From positions 2,319 through 66,318 of the forward strand of contig CAXFOB010000016.1 in NCBI GenBank assembly GCA_964004625.1: 64,000 nucleotides of DNA, in the 5' to 3' direction. Below, piece by piece: positions 9,720-20,700 of this stretch (position 1 is its first letter; each line of letters begins with the position of its first letter). The position numbers and the translations under genes were made by a program. Source of the DNA: an uncultured Flavobacteriales bacterium (GTDB lineage Bacteria > Bacteroidota > Bacteroidia > Flavobacteriales > BACL11). A model generated the notes under the pieces. It searched no databases. It was given only the letters and a program-made list of their open reading frames with translations, and had not been told where the DNA came from.

Positions 9720-12700
9720 CTTTTAATTGTTACGGTACCATTAAACACTTTCCCAGAATCTTTTAACTCAATTACATAATAGTATGTTGCGATTGGTAAA
9801 TCAACGCCATTTCTTTTTCCATCCCATGGGACAGAATAGCCCTCAGAGAAAAACACCTTTTGTCCCCATCTATTATGAACATGAACGACAACATCAGGGA
9901 AATTATACAAACCATATATAGCCCATTCATCATGAATACCATCATTATTTGGAGTAAATCCTGATGGAATTTCTATACAACCATCATAGCCGTCAAAACC
10001 AACTTCAATTGTTTCTGTTAGATATACACATGAGTTTGCGTCTCTAACTTCTAAAGTATAAAACCCTTTTGATAAATTATTTAACTCAGAACTATAATCT
10101 CCATTTGACCATAAATAAGCATAAGGCATTGTCCCTCCCGACACATTTGCTGAAATAGAACCGTCATTATTTTCTTCACAACTAGCATCGAATGCTAAAC
10201 AGTTAATTATTACTTCCTCAGGTTGAAAAATTTCAACTGAGAATGTTGCTGAACAATTATTTACATCCTGCACTAACACAGAATATAATCCAGCTTCTAA
10301 ATTTTCAATAGTTGAAGAAGAGGCTCCATTACTCCAAGAATAAAAATATGGAGGAGTATTTCCACTTAGGATAAAATCAATAGAGGCAGTTGATTCTCCA
10401 TAACATTTTACATCTAAAGTATTAAACACATCTAAGTATGCTAAGGGCTCAGAAATAGTATAGTTTTCTGAAATAACACAATTATTTGCATCTATAACAT
10501 CAACTGTATAAATTCCTGCTAAAATATTATTTAAATCTTCTGAAGTTTCTGAATTAGACCAATTATATGATAGTCCTCCGGTTCCACCAGAAACATTAAT
10601 ATCAATACTGCCTAACGCTGCTCCATTACAAACAGAATTTTGAATTGTTGATCCAATTACTAACTCTGTAGGTTCTGTAATGCTCGCAGTATCATAAATA
10701 ATACAACCATTAGCATCAGTTAACTGAACAGTATAAGTTCCAGCAGATAAATTATTTAAATCTTCAGTTGTTTCATTATTACTCCACAAGAAGGAATATC
10801 CAGAAACACCACCAAAAGGAGCAAAATCAATAGAACCATTATTGTTACCATAACAATCTATATTTGTATTAGATATAGAGGATATTAATTCAGGTGCATC
10901 TTGTACATTAAATTGTAAAGTTTCCTCACAATTATATACATCAGAAACTACAACTGTATATTGACCTGCAGAAGCCAAAATAATTGTGTTTGTATTTGTA
11001 GAAAACCCATTACTACAATCATAAGTATAAGGTGGTATACCACCTGTAGTGCTCAAAATATTTATTTCTCCTGTAGAATCTCCATGGCATTTTGTAAAAA
11101 CAGGTGAAACATAAGATGAAATTATCTCGGAATTTTCAGATATATCAACAGTATTTGTTGTATCACATCCATTATCATCTATTATAGTTACTGTATAGTT
11201 TCCAGCTAATAATCCACTAATATCCTCTGTTATTTCTGAGTTGCTCCACTGGAAATTATATGGAGGTGTCCCACCAGAAAGACTTAAGTCGGCTTCACCT
11301 GTAGCATCTCCAAAACATAATATACTTGTTCCAAGTATATTAGATGTCAAGGGAAATTGAGGTTCTGTTATTATAAAATTATTTGAAATCTGACATTGAT
11401 TTAAATCTGTAATGACTACAGAATAGTTACCAGAAGGTATGTTGTATAAATCTTGACTTACTTCTAAATTACTCCATAAATAGGAATAAGGCGATATTCC
11501 ACCGGTAATTTCTAAGTCAATAATTCCTGTATAATATCCTTTGCAAAGAATATTTGTTACTGAATCATTTAAAACTAACTCGTCTGGCTGATAAACATAA
11601 GTTGTATCTGAATAAAGACAACCATTTGAATCTGAAACATAATAAACATAATCAGATGCAATTAAAGAGTCTATATATGTAGAGTCAGATAAAACAGCAT
11701 CCCATGAAATTGAATATGGAATTGTACCACCTTGGATATTTACATTAATGACTCCATCAGAAAACGAATTACAACTTACATCTTGTACACTAGATGTAGC
11801 AAATAAGGAATCTGGTTCCTGAATTGTAAAAATTGTATCTTTAGAACATGAATAATCATCTTCTATATGTAAAGTATATGTTCCATTATGTAAGTTTGCA
11901 ATATCTTCATTATTAGAATTAAAACCATTAGGCCCATTCCAAAGAGTTATTAATGTTCCTGTTCCTCCATTTAGATTAACTGATACTGATCCATTTCCAT
12001 CATTATAACAAGTATTATTTAATACAAGGAATGAATCAAGTGTTATAGGGATTGGTTCTGAAACAATAAACTCAAAAGTATCTCTACAAAGTCTTGAATC
12101 AATTAACTCAAGAGTAAAAGTATCTGCACAAAGATCTGAAATCAAATTTGATGTATTTATACCATTACTCCAATTATAAAGAAAGGGAGCGCTTTCTGGA
12201 TTTAAAATATTTACTTCAATTTGACCACTACAAGAATTAAAACAGCTGTCATTTACAATAGTTGTTTGTAACACAAAAGAATCTCTCTCATATAAGATAA
12301 TAGATTCTGTTTCTGAACAATTGTTAGCGTCTATAAAAGTTATTGAATATAAATCTGGACATAATCCTGTTAGCATTGTCGTGTTAGTATCAATGATAGA
12401 GGCATTTAACTGCCAAATTATATTATAAGGAGTTGAACCTCCACTTATGGAAACCTCAATTGCTCCATCACAAACCTGATAGCATGCACTGTCAGTGATA
12501 ACTGAACTTAATTTAAGTGTGTCTGGATTTTCAATAAATACTGTATTAGTAGTAAAACATCCATTGGAATCAGTGATTATCACATTATGTGTTCCATAAC
12601 ATAAGTTAAAAGCAGTATCTGATGTTTGTCCGTCACCCCAAAGAAATGTAAAGGGATATATTCCGTCTTCAGGTATAACAATAGCAGATGCGTCACATGA

Positions 12701-13291
12701 AGAAATACACGAAAGAGTATCAGAAATAACCTGAGAACTTACCTCAATTGGATCTATCAAGTTAAAAGTATCAATTCTAGAGCAATTATTGGAATCAGTT
12801 GTAGTCAATATATATTGGCCACTTGATAATCCAGACAAGTCTTCAGTACTAAATCCATTGTTCCAACTCCAAGAAAATGGAGAATCTCCTAAAGTTGTCA
12901 CATCAATATTACCATCCGTTAATCCAAAACAAGTTGGATTTATTAAAGTTTTAAAAATTCCTAACTCTGAAGGTTCTTCAATCTCATTTGAACGGAAATC
13001 AACAAGATTTCCTATATTATCTGTAATTGTAACACTATAATTTCCCGCACATAAACTATCTCTATTATTATCATTCGCTATAGCATTACCACTACTACCC
13101 CATTCAAAATAATAAGGTTGATTTCCTCCAAAAACAGTAATTGAAATTTCACCATCACAATTAGCATGACAAGATGAATTAGTCACGCAATATACTATTG
13201 AATCTGCATTTACTACATTTTTATTAGTAACACAATTTTGTGAAAATAATACTAATGGATATAATAAGACAAATATTAATAAACTTCTCAT
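9716..13291 (-). CDS. SprB-repeat protein with canonical T9SS type-B C-terminal domain
   Basis: Signal peptide; many C..G.I....GG..PY.Y.WSN....DL..L.AG.Y.V...D.N.C repeats; C-terminal IPSGFTPNNDG..D.W...NRWG...WDG...TYYY...G.VTIKR. Confidence 0.92.
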   Translation of the reverse strand: MRSLLIFVLLYPLVLFSQNCVTNKNVVNADSIVYCVTNSSCHANCDGEISITVFGGNQPYYFEWGSSGNAIANDNNRDSLCAGNYSVTITDNIGNLVDFRSNEIEEPSELGIFKTLINPTCFGLTDGNIDVTTLGDSPFSWSWNNGFSTEDLSGLSSGQYILTTTDSNNCSRIDTFNLIDPIEVSSQVISDTLSCISSCDASAIVIPEDGIYPFTFLWGDGQTSDTAFNLCYGTHNVIITDSNGCFTTNTVFIENPDTLKLSSVITDSACYQVCDGAIEVSISGGSTPYNIIWQLNASIIDTNTTMLTGLCPDLYSITFIDANNCSETESIILYERDSFVLQTTIVNDSCFNSCSGQIEVNILNPESAPFLYNWSNGINTSNLISDLCADTFTLELIDSRLCRDTFEFIVSEPIPITLDSFLVLNNTCYNDGNGSVSVNLNGGTGTLITLWNGPNGFNSNNEDIANLHNGTYTLHIEDDYSCSKDTIFTIQEPDSLFATSSVQDVSCNSFSDGVINVNIQGGTIPYSISWDAVLSDSTYIDSLIASDYVYYVSDSNGCLYSDTTYVYQPDELVLNDSVTNILCKGYYTGIIDLEITGGISPYSYLWSNLEVSQDLYNIPSGNYSVVITDLNQCQISNNFIITEPQFPLTSNILGTSILCFGDATGEADLSLSGGTPPYNFQWSNSEITEDISGLLAGNYTVTIIDDNGCDTTNTVDISENSEIISSYVSPVFTKCHGDSTGEINILSTTGGIPPYTYDCSNGFSTNTNTIILASAGQYTVVVSDVYNCEETLQFNVQDAPELISSISNTNIDCYGNNNGSIDFAPFGGVSGYSFLWSNNETTEDLNNLSAGTYTVQLTDANGCIIYDTASITEPTELVIGSTIQNSVCNGAALGSIDINVSGGTGGLSYNWSNSETSEDLNNILAGIYTVDVIDANNCVISENYTISEPLAYLDVFNTLDVKCYGESTASIDFILSGNTPPYFYSWSNGASSSTIENLEAGLYSVLVQDVNNCSATFSVEIFQPEEVIINCLAFDASCEENNDGSISANVSGGTMPYAYLWSNGDYSSELNNLSKGFYTLEVRDANSCVYLTETIEVGFDGYDGCIEIPSGFTPNNDGIHDEWAIYGLYNFPDVVVHVHNRWGQKVFFSEGYSVPWDGKRNGVDLPIATYYYVIELKDSGKVFNGTVTIKR

Positions 13292-13295
13292 GCAT

Positions 13296-13303
13296 CAAAT
13301 ATA
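13296..13303 (-). promoter_or_regulatory. Bacteroidota -7 promoter element TATATTTG for the SprB-repeat/PorP operon
   Basis: Matches TAnnTTTG; 4 nt before the ATG at 13291. Confidence 0.65.
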
Positions 13304-13431
13304 AATTAAATAATTGGTATAATATCTACTTATTCATATATTTAAAACATCATAAAAAAGTTGTAGAAAACTTAAGAAAGGTTCCGTAATTTTTTTCAGA
13401 AACATCAATGATTTCAAGGGTTTGTTTTTTG

Positions 13432-13439
13432 TATTTTTG
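13432..13439 (+). promoter_or_regulatory. -7 promoter element TATTTTTG for the GNAT gene
   Basis: Matches TAnnTTTG; 5 nt before the ATG at 13445. Confidence 0.65.
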
Positions 13440-13444
13440 CAGGT

Positions 13445-13924
13445 ATGATAACAATAATTCGACAAGGAGTAAAAGAAGACTTGCCTTCAGTTCTACAACT
13501 AATTAAAGAACTTGCACGATATGAAAATTCAGAACATGAAGTTACTATTACATTAGAAGATTTGGAAAAGGATGGGTTTGGAGATCATCCAAATTATCTA
13601 TTTTTAGTTGCAGTACAGAATCAAGAAATTATAGGAATTTCTTTTTATTGGATAAGATACTCTACTTGGAAAGGTAAATTTCTCTTTTTAGAAGATTTTG
13701 TGATAAAAGAAGAATATAGAAATCAAGGTATTGGATCTAAATTGTTTGAAGAAACAATAAAAATTTGTAAATCAAAAGGTATGAACGGCATGTTCTGGCA
13801 AGTTCTAGATTGGAATGAACGAGCAATTAAATTCTATAAAAAGTATGATGCTGATATTAGTTCAAAATGGTTAAATGGTAAACTAACAAAAAAACAAATT
13901 GAACAAATTTCTTCAAATAAATAA
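13445..13924 (+). CDS. GNAT N-acetyltransferase (diamine/spermidine acetyltransferase-like)
   Basis: LIKELARYE...YSTWKGK.LFLEDF...YRNQGIG...QVLDWN..AIKFY. Confidence 0.85.
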   Translation: MITIIRQGVKEDLPSVLQLIKELARYENSEHEVTITLEDLEKDGFGDHPNYLFLVAVQNQEIIGISFYWIRYSTWKGKFLFLEDFVIKEEYRNQGIGSKLFEETIKICKSKGMNGMFWQVLDWNERAIKFYKKYDADISSKWLNGKLTKKQIEQISSNK

Positions 13925-14018
13925 TACTGTACACATCAATATATTATCATTATTTTTATAGTTTAGTGATGGAAGAATAACTTGGTTATTTGCAGATGAA
14001 ATAAAAATATATATTTCA

Positions 14019-15821
14019 TTATGTATTTTTTTTCAAACATAAAATTATTTTTTGGCATTTACTTTCACCTACTAAATGAATGATCTCATCTGCAGACGCT
14101 TGTTTAATCTTTTCAATACTACCAAAATGAGAAAGGAGTTTTTGGGTTGTTTTTTCACCTATTCCATCTATTTTATCTAATGAATTTTTAAAAATATTTC
14201 TACTTCTTTTATTTCTATGATGTGTTATTGCAAATCGGTGAGCTTCATTTCGGATTTGTTGTATTAATTTTAAACTCTCTGATCGTTTATCTAAATACAC
14301 AGGAATAGGATCGTCTAAAAAGAAAATCTGTTCTAGTTTTTTCGCTATTCCTATAATGTCTATTTTACCTAATAATCCTAGTTTATTTAAACTTTTTGCT
14401 GCAGAGGATAACTGACCCTTACCACCATCTATAATAATAAGTTGTGGTAACTCTTTTTGTTCTTCTAACAAACGCTTGTATCTTCTGTATACTACTTCTT
14501 CCATAGATTTAAAATCATCAGGACCAACTACAGTTTTGATATTAAAATGACGATAATCTTTTTTAGATGGTTTTGCATTTTTAAACACAACACAAGCAGC
14601 AACCGCATCTACTCCTTGAAAGTTTGAATTATCAAAACACTCTATATGCCTTGGTCTTTCTATTAACTTTAAATCTACTTGCAATTGATTAATTATTCTC
14701 TTATCTGAAGATTTTTCTCTCAACTGCTCCTTTTTCTTTAACTTATCAAACTGCATGTATTTTGCATTTCTCCTGGAAAGTTCAATCAACTTAAATTTAT
14801 CTCCTATTTTAGGAATTATAATCTTAGTATTTTCCCATAAATTATCTATCCGAATAGAACTATAAATTTCTTTTGAGTTAGAACTGAATCGTTGTCTAAT
14901 ATCAGTTATAGCATAAATCAACAATTCTTCGTCTGTTTCCTGTAATTGTTTCTTTAATTCTATTGTATGGGTTTGTATTATTGCTCCATTAGATATTTTT
15001 AGGTAATTTACAAAAGCAGATTTCTCATCTGAAACAATTGTAAATACATCTACATTATTTATTTTAGTACTCACAATAGTGGACTTTGCCTGATAATTAT
15101 TTAACAAATTTAATTTCTCTTTTACAGATTGAGCTTTTTCGAACTCCAAATTTTTTGAGTGATAGTGCATTCTATCTTTTAAAATTGAGCTAACTGATTT
15201 AATATCTCCTTTCAATATTTGTTTTATATGATTGATTCCAATTTCGTAACTTTCTTCTGATTGGAATCCCTCACAAGGAGCCAAACAATTTCCTATATGA
15301 TATTCCAAACAAAGTTTAAATTTCCTATTGTCTATATTTTCTTTCTTCAGGTTAAAATTACAATTTCGTAAAGGATACAACTGATGTACAAAATCTAATA
15401 AAGTTCTCACTAGTTTAACGGATGTATACGGTCCAAAATAAACCGATCCATCTTTAACTACTTTTCTGGTAGAAAACACTCGAGGAAATGACTCATTTTT
15501 AATACAAATAAAAGGATAACTTTTATCATCCTTTAGCATAACATTATACTTTGGTTGGTATTTTTTAATCAGGTTATTTTCCAATAATAAAGCATCCATT
15601 TCAGTAGGTACAACAAAATATTTGAGATGCTTAATCTTGGACACCAATAATCTCGTTTTAGCGTGTTCATGTTTTTTAGAAAAATAAGAAGAAACCCTCT
15701 TTTTTAAATCTTTTGCCTTTCCTACATAAAGTATTTTGTTAGTGGCATCAAAAAATTGATACACACCTGCCTTTTTGGGTAAGTTGTGTATAGTATCTTT
15801 TATTTCTTCAGACGGCTTCAA
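14019..15821 (-). CDS. uvrC: Excinuclease ABC subunit C
   Basis: GIY-YIG (GVYQF...YVGKAK.LKKRVSSY), ECFDNS, IDGGKGQL, RNEAHRFAI, C-terminal HhH. Confidence 0.97.
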   Translation of the reverse strand: MKPSEEIKDTIHNLPKKAGVYQFFDATNKILYVGKAKDLKKRVSSYFSKKHEHAKTRLLVSKIKHLKYFVVPTEMDALLLENNLIKKYQPKYNVMLKDDKSYPFICIKNESFPRVFSTRKVVKDGSVYFGPYTSVKLVRTLLDFVHQLYPLRNCNFNLKKENIDNRKFKLCLEYHIGNCLAPCEGFQSEESYEIGINHIKQILKGDIKSVSSILKDRMHYHSKNLEFEKAQSVKEKLNLLNNYQAKSTIVSTKINNVDVFTIVSDEKSAFVNYLKISNGAIIQTHTIELKKQLQETDEELLIYAITDIRQRFSSNSKEIYSSIRIDNLWENTKIIIPKIGDKFKLIELSRRNAKYMQFDKLKKKEQLREKSSDKRIINQLQVDLKLIERPRHIECFDNSNFQGVDAVAACVVFKNAKPSKKDYRHFNIKTVVGPDDFKSMEEVVYRRYKRLLEEQKELPQLIIIDGGKGQLSSAAKSLNKLGLLGKIDIIGIAKKLEQIFFLDDPIPVYLDKRSESLKLIQQIRNEAHRFAITHHRNKRSRNIFKNSLDKIDGIGEKTTQKLLSHFGSIEKIKQASADEIIHLVGESKCQKIILCLKKNT

Positions 15822-15834
15822 TTTTGTAAAAAAA

Positions 15835-15990
15835 CTACTTTTTTATACAAGACTCAATCTCAAATCTTGTAATATCAACTATAGATCTCAGATTGTTGAA
15901 AAAATCACCATCCAAAAAATCAACTGAAAATTGAACAAATATCAGATAAGAATTACAAATCAGAATAAAAAACAAAAAGTATTTCTTCAT
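15835..15990 (-). CDS. Possible 51-aa small protein or gene remnant upstream of uvrC
   Basis: Read by hand: MKKYFLFFILICNSYLIFVQFSVDFLDGDFFNNLRSIVDITRFEIESCIKK*. Signal-peptide-like start; fills the gap before uvrC; preceded by TATATTTA. Confidence 0.35.
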   Translation of the reverse strand: MKKYFLFFILICNSYLIFVQFSVDFLDGDFFNNLRSIVDITRFEIESCIKK

Positions 15991-16005
15991 AGTGTGTAAA
16001 TATAG

Positions 16006-16013
16006 TATTTTTG
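16006..16013 (+). promoter_or_regulatory. -7 promoter element TATTTTTG for the sulfotransferase-like gene
   Basis: TAnnTTTG match 23 nt before the ATG at 16037. Confidence 0.55.
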
Positions 16014-16036
16014 AAAATATTAATTTTTAAATAATA

Positions 16037-16813
16037 ATGATAATTAGTCACAAATATAAGTTTCTGTTTATAGGATTATCATTTTCAGCTTCTTCAGCAA
16101 TTACAAAGGAGTTGCATAAAGAATATGAAGGTAAACCATATTTAAGAAAGCACTCATTATATCATGAGTTTCTGAAAGTTGCTACTGAAGAAGAAAAAAA
16201 GTACTTTATTTTTTCTGTACTTAGGAACCCTATGGAAATTGCAGTAACCGTTTACGAAAAAATGAAAGCCAATGCAAAAGGGAATTTTACAAACCCAAAT
16301 TTATTTACAGAAAATGGAGGTCATATAAACAAGAAACAAAGAGATAGGTTTAATTTTATACACAACAATAATGCTAGCTTTCAAGAATATTTTAAAAAGT
16401 TTTTCAATAAACCATTTGATAATTTCGCTAGATTAACCCTAGACAATTGTGACTATGTAATTAGATACGAGAATATTTCTGAAGACTATAAAATTGCACT
16501 TGTAAAAGCTGGAATAGAAAATCCAAAGGGATTACCTGTTGTAAACAAAACATCTGGCAAGAAAAAAGATTTAAACGAATATTATACAGAAGACATTCAA
16601 AATCTTGCATTGTTCGTTTTTGGTCCGTTTCTAGAAAAATATAAATACGATATACCAAGGCATTGGAAATTTCAGAAAATTCCTTTTTCTGCTTATTTTT
16701 TATTTAATGTTGGAGGTTTTATAAGAAAGTGGAAATGGAAACTTAGGAAACATTCAGACAGAAAAAGTATAGAAGGAACTATATATGGAGATATGCAAAG
16801 GGATGAAGTCTAA
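16037..16813 (+). CDS. Sulfotransferase family 2-like protein (degenerate PAPS loop)
   Basis: MIISHKYKFLFI start, FSVLRNP, DYVIRYEN, LPVVN, EYY: the layout of Sulfotransfer_2 proteins. Confidence 0.6.
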   Translation: MIISHKYKFLFIGLSFSASSAITKELHKEYEGKPYLRKHSLYHEFLKVATEEEKKYFIFSVLRNPMEIAVTVYEKMKANAKGNFTNPNLFTENGGHINKKQRDRFNFIHNNNASFQEYFKKFFNKPFDNFARLTLDNCDYVIRYENISEDYKIALVKAGIENPKGLPVVNKTSGKKKDLNEYYTEDIQNLALFVFGPFLEKYKYDIPRHWKFQKIPFSAYFLFNVGGFIRKWKWKLRKHSDRKSIEGTIYGDMQRDEV

Positions 16814-16815
16814 AC

Positions 16816-17352
16816 TTATTTGAAATAAGACCTATAAAAAATCAATAAAGAAACTATTCCTGTAAAAATACCAGAATCAGCAATATTAAATATGGGTCTA
16901 AAGAAGATAAAGTGATCTCCTCCCCAAAAAGGAATCCAATCTGGAAGAAAGTACGACTCACCTGTTAAAGGAAAATACAACATATCAACAACTTTACCAT
17001 AAAATATAGTCTCTCCAAAAAACACACTATCAACAATATTTCCTAGTGCACCCCCTATAATTAATCCGAAACAAATCAATAATCCATTTGGAAATTTAGT
17101 TTCTTTTGTCAGCTTGTACACATAAAACACACCCCATATAACCACACAAATTCTGAAAAGAGTTAAAAATAATTTTCCATATTCACCTCCGAACTCCAGA
17201 CCATACGCCATTCCATTATTTTCTATAAAATGTAATCTAAACCAATCAAACACACGAATTTCCTCACCTAAGAGCATCGATGTTTTTACCCAATACTTAG
17301 AGAATTGGTCGACTAATAATAAAATAAAGGAAGTAAGAAATACCTTTTTCAA
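16816..17352 (-). CDS. lspA: Lipoprotein signal peptidase
   Basis: DQFSK, ENNGMAYG, GGALGNIVD, VVDM, FNIADS; follows ileS-dksA. Confidence 0.93.
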   Translation of the reverse strand: MKKVFLTSFILLLVDQFSKYWVKTSMLLGEEIRVFDWFRLHFIENNGMAYGLEFGGEYGKLFLTLFRICVVIWGVFYVYKLTKETKFPNGLLICFGLIIGGALGNIVDSVFFGETIFYGKVVDMLYFPLTGESYFLPDWIPFWGGDHFIFFRPIFNIADSGIFTGIVSLLIFYRSYFK

Positions 17353-17357
17353 AGTTA

Positions 17358-17735
17358 TTACTGGGCTCTTTTAGCTTCTATAGAAAGTGTAGCATGAGGA
17401 ACTAATTTTAATCTTTCTTTACTAATCAATTTTCCTGTAACTCTGCAAATTCCATAAGTTTTATTCTCAATACGAATAAGAGCATTGTTAAGATTTTTTA
17501 TAAATTTTTCTTGCCTCATAGCAAGTTTCATGTTTTCATCTTTTGAAAGAGTAGAAGAACCTTCTTCAAAGGCTTTAAAAGTTGGTGATGTATCATCTGT
17601 GCCATTTTCAGAAGCATTAGAATACGCTGCCTTTAATAAATTTAAATCTTGCTGAGCAGTATTAATTTTTGTTTCTATTAACTCTTTAAACTCTTGTAAT
17701 TCTACTTCTGTATAACAAACTTTTTCTTCTGACAT
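17358..17735 (-). CDS. TraR/DksA-family transcriptional regulator
   Basis: AL.RIENKTYGICRVTGKLI.KERL..VPHATLS; typical ileS-dksA-lspA context. Confidence 0.9.
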   Translation of the reverse strand: MSEEKVCYTEVELQEFKELIETKINTAQQDLNLLKAAYSNASENGTDDTSPTFKAFEEGSSTLSKDENMKLAMRQEKFIKNLNNALIRIENKTYGICRVTGKLISKERLKLVPHATLSIEAKRAQ

Positions 17736-17737
17736 AA

Positions 17738-20700
17738 TTATATTTTTTTAATTTCAACGTAGGTCGATAGATTATCTATTAAGTCAATATTGATTTTTTC
17801 ATTTTTAATAACATCAACCACATTCAACGAATTTGCTAATGTTTCTCCACAAATATAAGATAAATTATTTGTTATCGCATTCTCCAAGGATTCATTTTTT
17901 TCAACAGTAATAACTATCTTATCTGTTACCTCAAATCCTTTTTCTTTTCTTATATTTTGTATTCTGTTTATGAATTCTCTGGCTAAACCTTCTTCTTTCA
18001 AACTTTCGGACAAAGTAACATCTAATGCTACTGTTAATCCATCCTGAGTAATAACTTTCCAACCAGGAATATCTGCAGATGATATTTCTACATCTGATAA
18101 ATCGATTGTTATATCTGAATTTATATTGTATTTACCTTCTTTTTCTATTTTTTTAATATCAGAAGATGTAAACTGATTTACTGTAGAGGTAATCAACTTC
18201 ATATCTTTTCCAAATTTTGGTCCTAAAGTCTTAAAATTAGGTTTTATTTGTTTGGTGAGAATGGATGAGTCTGAAGAAATAAACTCAATCTCTTTTATAT
18301 TAAGTTCGGAAAGTAAAATGTCCTCAACTGAATTTATCTGTGATTTCATTTGCTCTCCGATAACTGGAATCATTATCTTTTGTAGAGGTTGACGAACACG
18401 AACTCTTTCCTTTTTTCTGAGTGAAAGAACCATGCTAGTAATCTTTTGAGATACATCCATTTTTTGTTCCAACTCTCTATCTATCTTGCGTTTTTCTGAT
18501 TTAGGAAAAATAGACAAATGAACAGATGAAGACGCTTGTTTATTAGAAACTGTATTTAAATCTTTAAACAATTGATCCATAAAAAATGGAGCTATTGGAG
18601 CTGATATAATTGCAATCTTTTCTAGACACTCATACAAAGTTTGGTAAGCTGATACCTTATCTTTATTGTACTCTCCTTTCCAGAACCTTCTTCTACTTAA
18701 TCTTATGTGCCAGTTTGACAGTTTATTCATAACAAAATCCTGAACCAAACGAGCCACTTTTGTTGGCTCATAATCTTCATAATTATTTTCTACCTCCTCA
18801 ATAAGACTATTAAGTTCTGAAATAATCCACCTATCTATTTCTGTTCGTTCTTTAATATCTATTTCTTTTTCGGAATAAGTAAAACCATCAATATTTGCAT
18901 ATAATGCAAAGAAGGAATAAGTGTTATATAAAGTCCCAAAAAACTTTCTTTGAACCTCTTCAATTCCGCTTACATCAAATTTAAGATTATCCCAAGGTTG
19001 AGCGTTAGAAATCATGTACCATCTGGCAGCATCTGCTCCGTATTGATCTAAAGTTTCGAAGGGATCAGTTGCGTTACCTAATCTTTTCGACATTTTATTT
19101 CCATTTTTATCAAGAACCAAGCCATTAGAAATTACATTTTTGTATGCTACACTATCAAACAACATAGTAGATATAGCATGTAAAGTAAAAAACCACCCTC
19201 TTGTCTGATCTACTCCTTCTGCAATAAAATCTGCAGGAAAGTTTTTTTCAAATACATCTTTATTTTCGAAAGGGTAATGTAATTGAGCGTAAGGCATAGA
19301 ACCGGAATCGAACCAAACATCAATAAGATCTAACTCTCTCTTCATTTCCTTGCCTCTAGCAGATACTAAAATAATATCATCAACATAAGGCCTGTGTAAA
19401 TCAAATGTATTGTAATTCTCCTCTGAAAAATCACCTGCTTCAAAAGAAGATAGTGGGTTAGATGTCATATATCCCGCTTTTACTGATTTTTCAATTTCAG
19501 ACTGAAGCATCTCAACTGAAGAGATACAAATTTCTTCTTCTCCATCTTCTGTACGCCAAATAGGAATAGGAATCCCCCAGAAACGAGAACGTGAAAGATT
19601 CCAATCTACCAAGTTTTCTAACCAATTACCAAACCTTCCTTCTCCAGTAGATTTTGGTTTCCAATTGATAGTATTATTTAACTCCATCATTCGTTTTTTG
19701 TAATCGGTAGTCTTTACAAACCAACTATCCATTGGATAATATAAAATAGGTTTATCCGTACGCCAACAATGAGGGTAAGAATGTTCGTACTTTTCAGATT
19801 TAAATAATCTGTTATTATTCTTTAAATTTATTACAATTTGGACATCTGCAGGATACTTTGGTTTTTCTTCGGATTCAGTATAAAACTCTTCCTTTACATA
19901 CTGACCTGCTAATTCTCCCATCTGCTCTGTAAATCTACCCTGATCATCTACTAATGTTAAAGACCCAATACCATTGTGTTTAGCAACTAGATTATCGTCT
20001 GCACCAAAAGAAGGAGCTAAATGAACGATTCCTGTTCCATCTTCTGTTGTAACAAAATCTGCAAGTACTACCCTAAATGCATCTCCATCTGATGGTTGGG
20101 CATACGGTAACAATTGATGATAATTTATTCCATTTAATTGTTCTCCAATATATTCTGCAACAATTTGGTAAGGAAGTTGTTTGTCTCCTTGTTTATAATT
20201 GGAAAAAGAAATTCCTTCTGTAAAGTATTTGTGTAATAATGCTTTTGCCATAATAATAGTAATAGGCTCAGCAGTATATGAGTTATAGGTATTAACTTTT
20301 ACATATTTTATTTTTTTACCAACTGCAAGTGCTGTATTTGATGGTAAAGTCCAAGGAGTAGTTGTCCAAGCAACAAAAGAAATTTCTTTCTCTCCGGTAA
20401 ATAAAGAAGAGGATTTTTCATCCTCTATAATTTTAAACATTGCCACTGCAGAAGTATCTTTTACATCTCGATAACATCCTGGCTGATTTAACTCATGTGT
20501 ACTTAATCCTGTCCCTGCTTTTGGAGAATAAGGCTGTATGGTAAAGCCTTTATAAAGCAATCCTTTTTTATGAAGTTCGGCAAGTAACCACCAGACGCTT
20601 TCTATATACTTATTATTATAGGTAATATAGGGATTATCCATATCTACCCAATATCCCATTTCATTAGTTAGTTTTTCCCACTCTCCCTTAAACTTCATTA

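Noticed and set aside
13925-14018. Weak AT-only hairpins between GNAT and uvrC as an sRNA or terminator
   Set aside because: The stems are too short and AT-rich to support a call.
17358-17735. DksA with only one zinc-finger Cys
   Set aside because: This is the usual Bacteroidota form, not a novelty.
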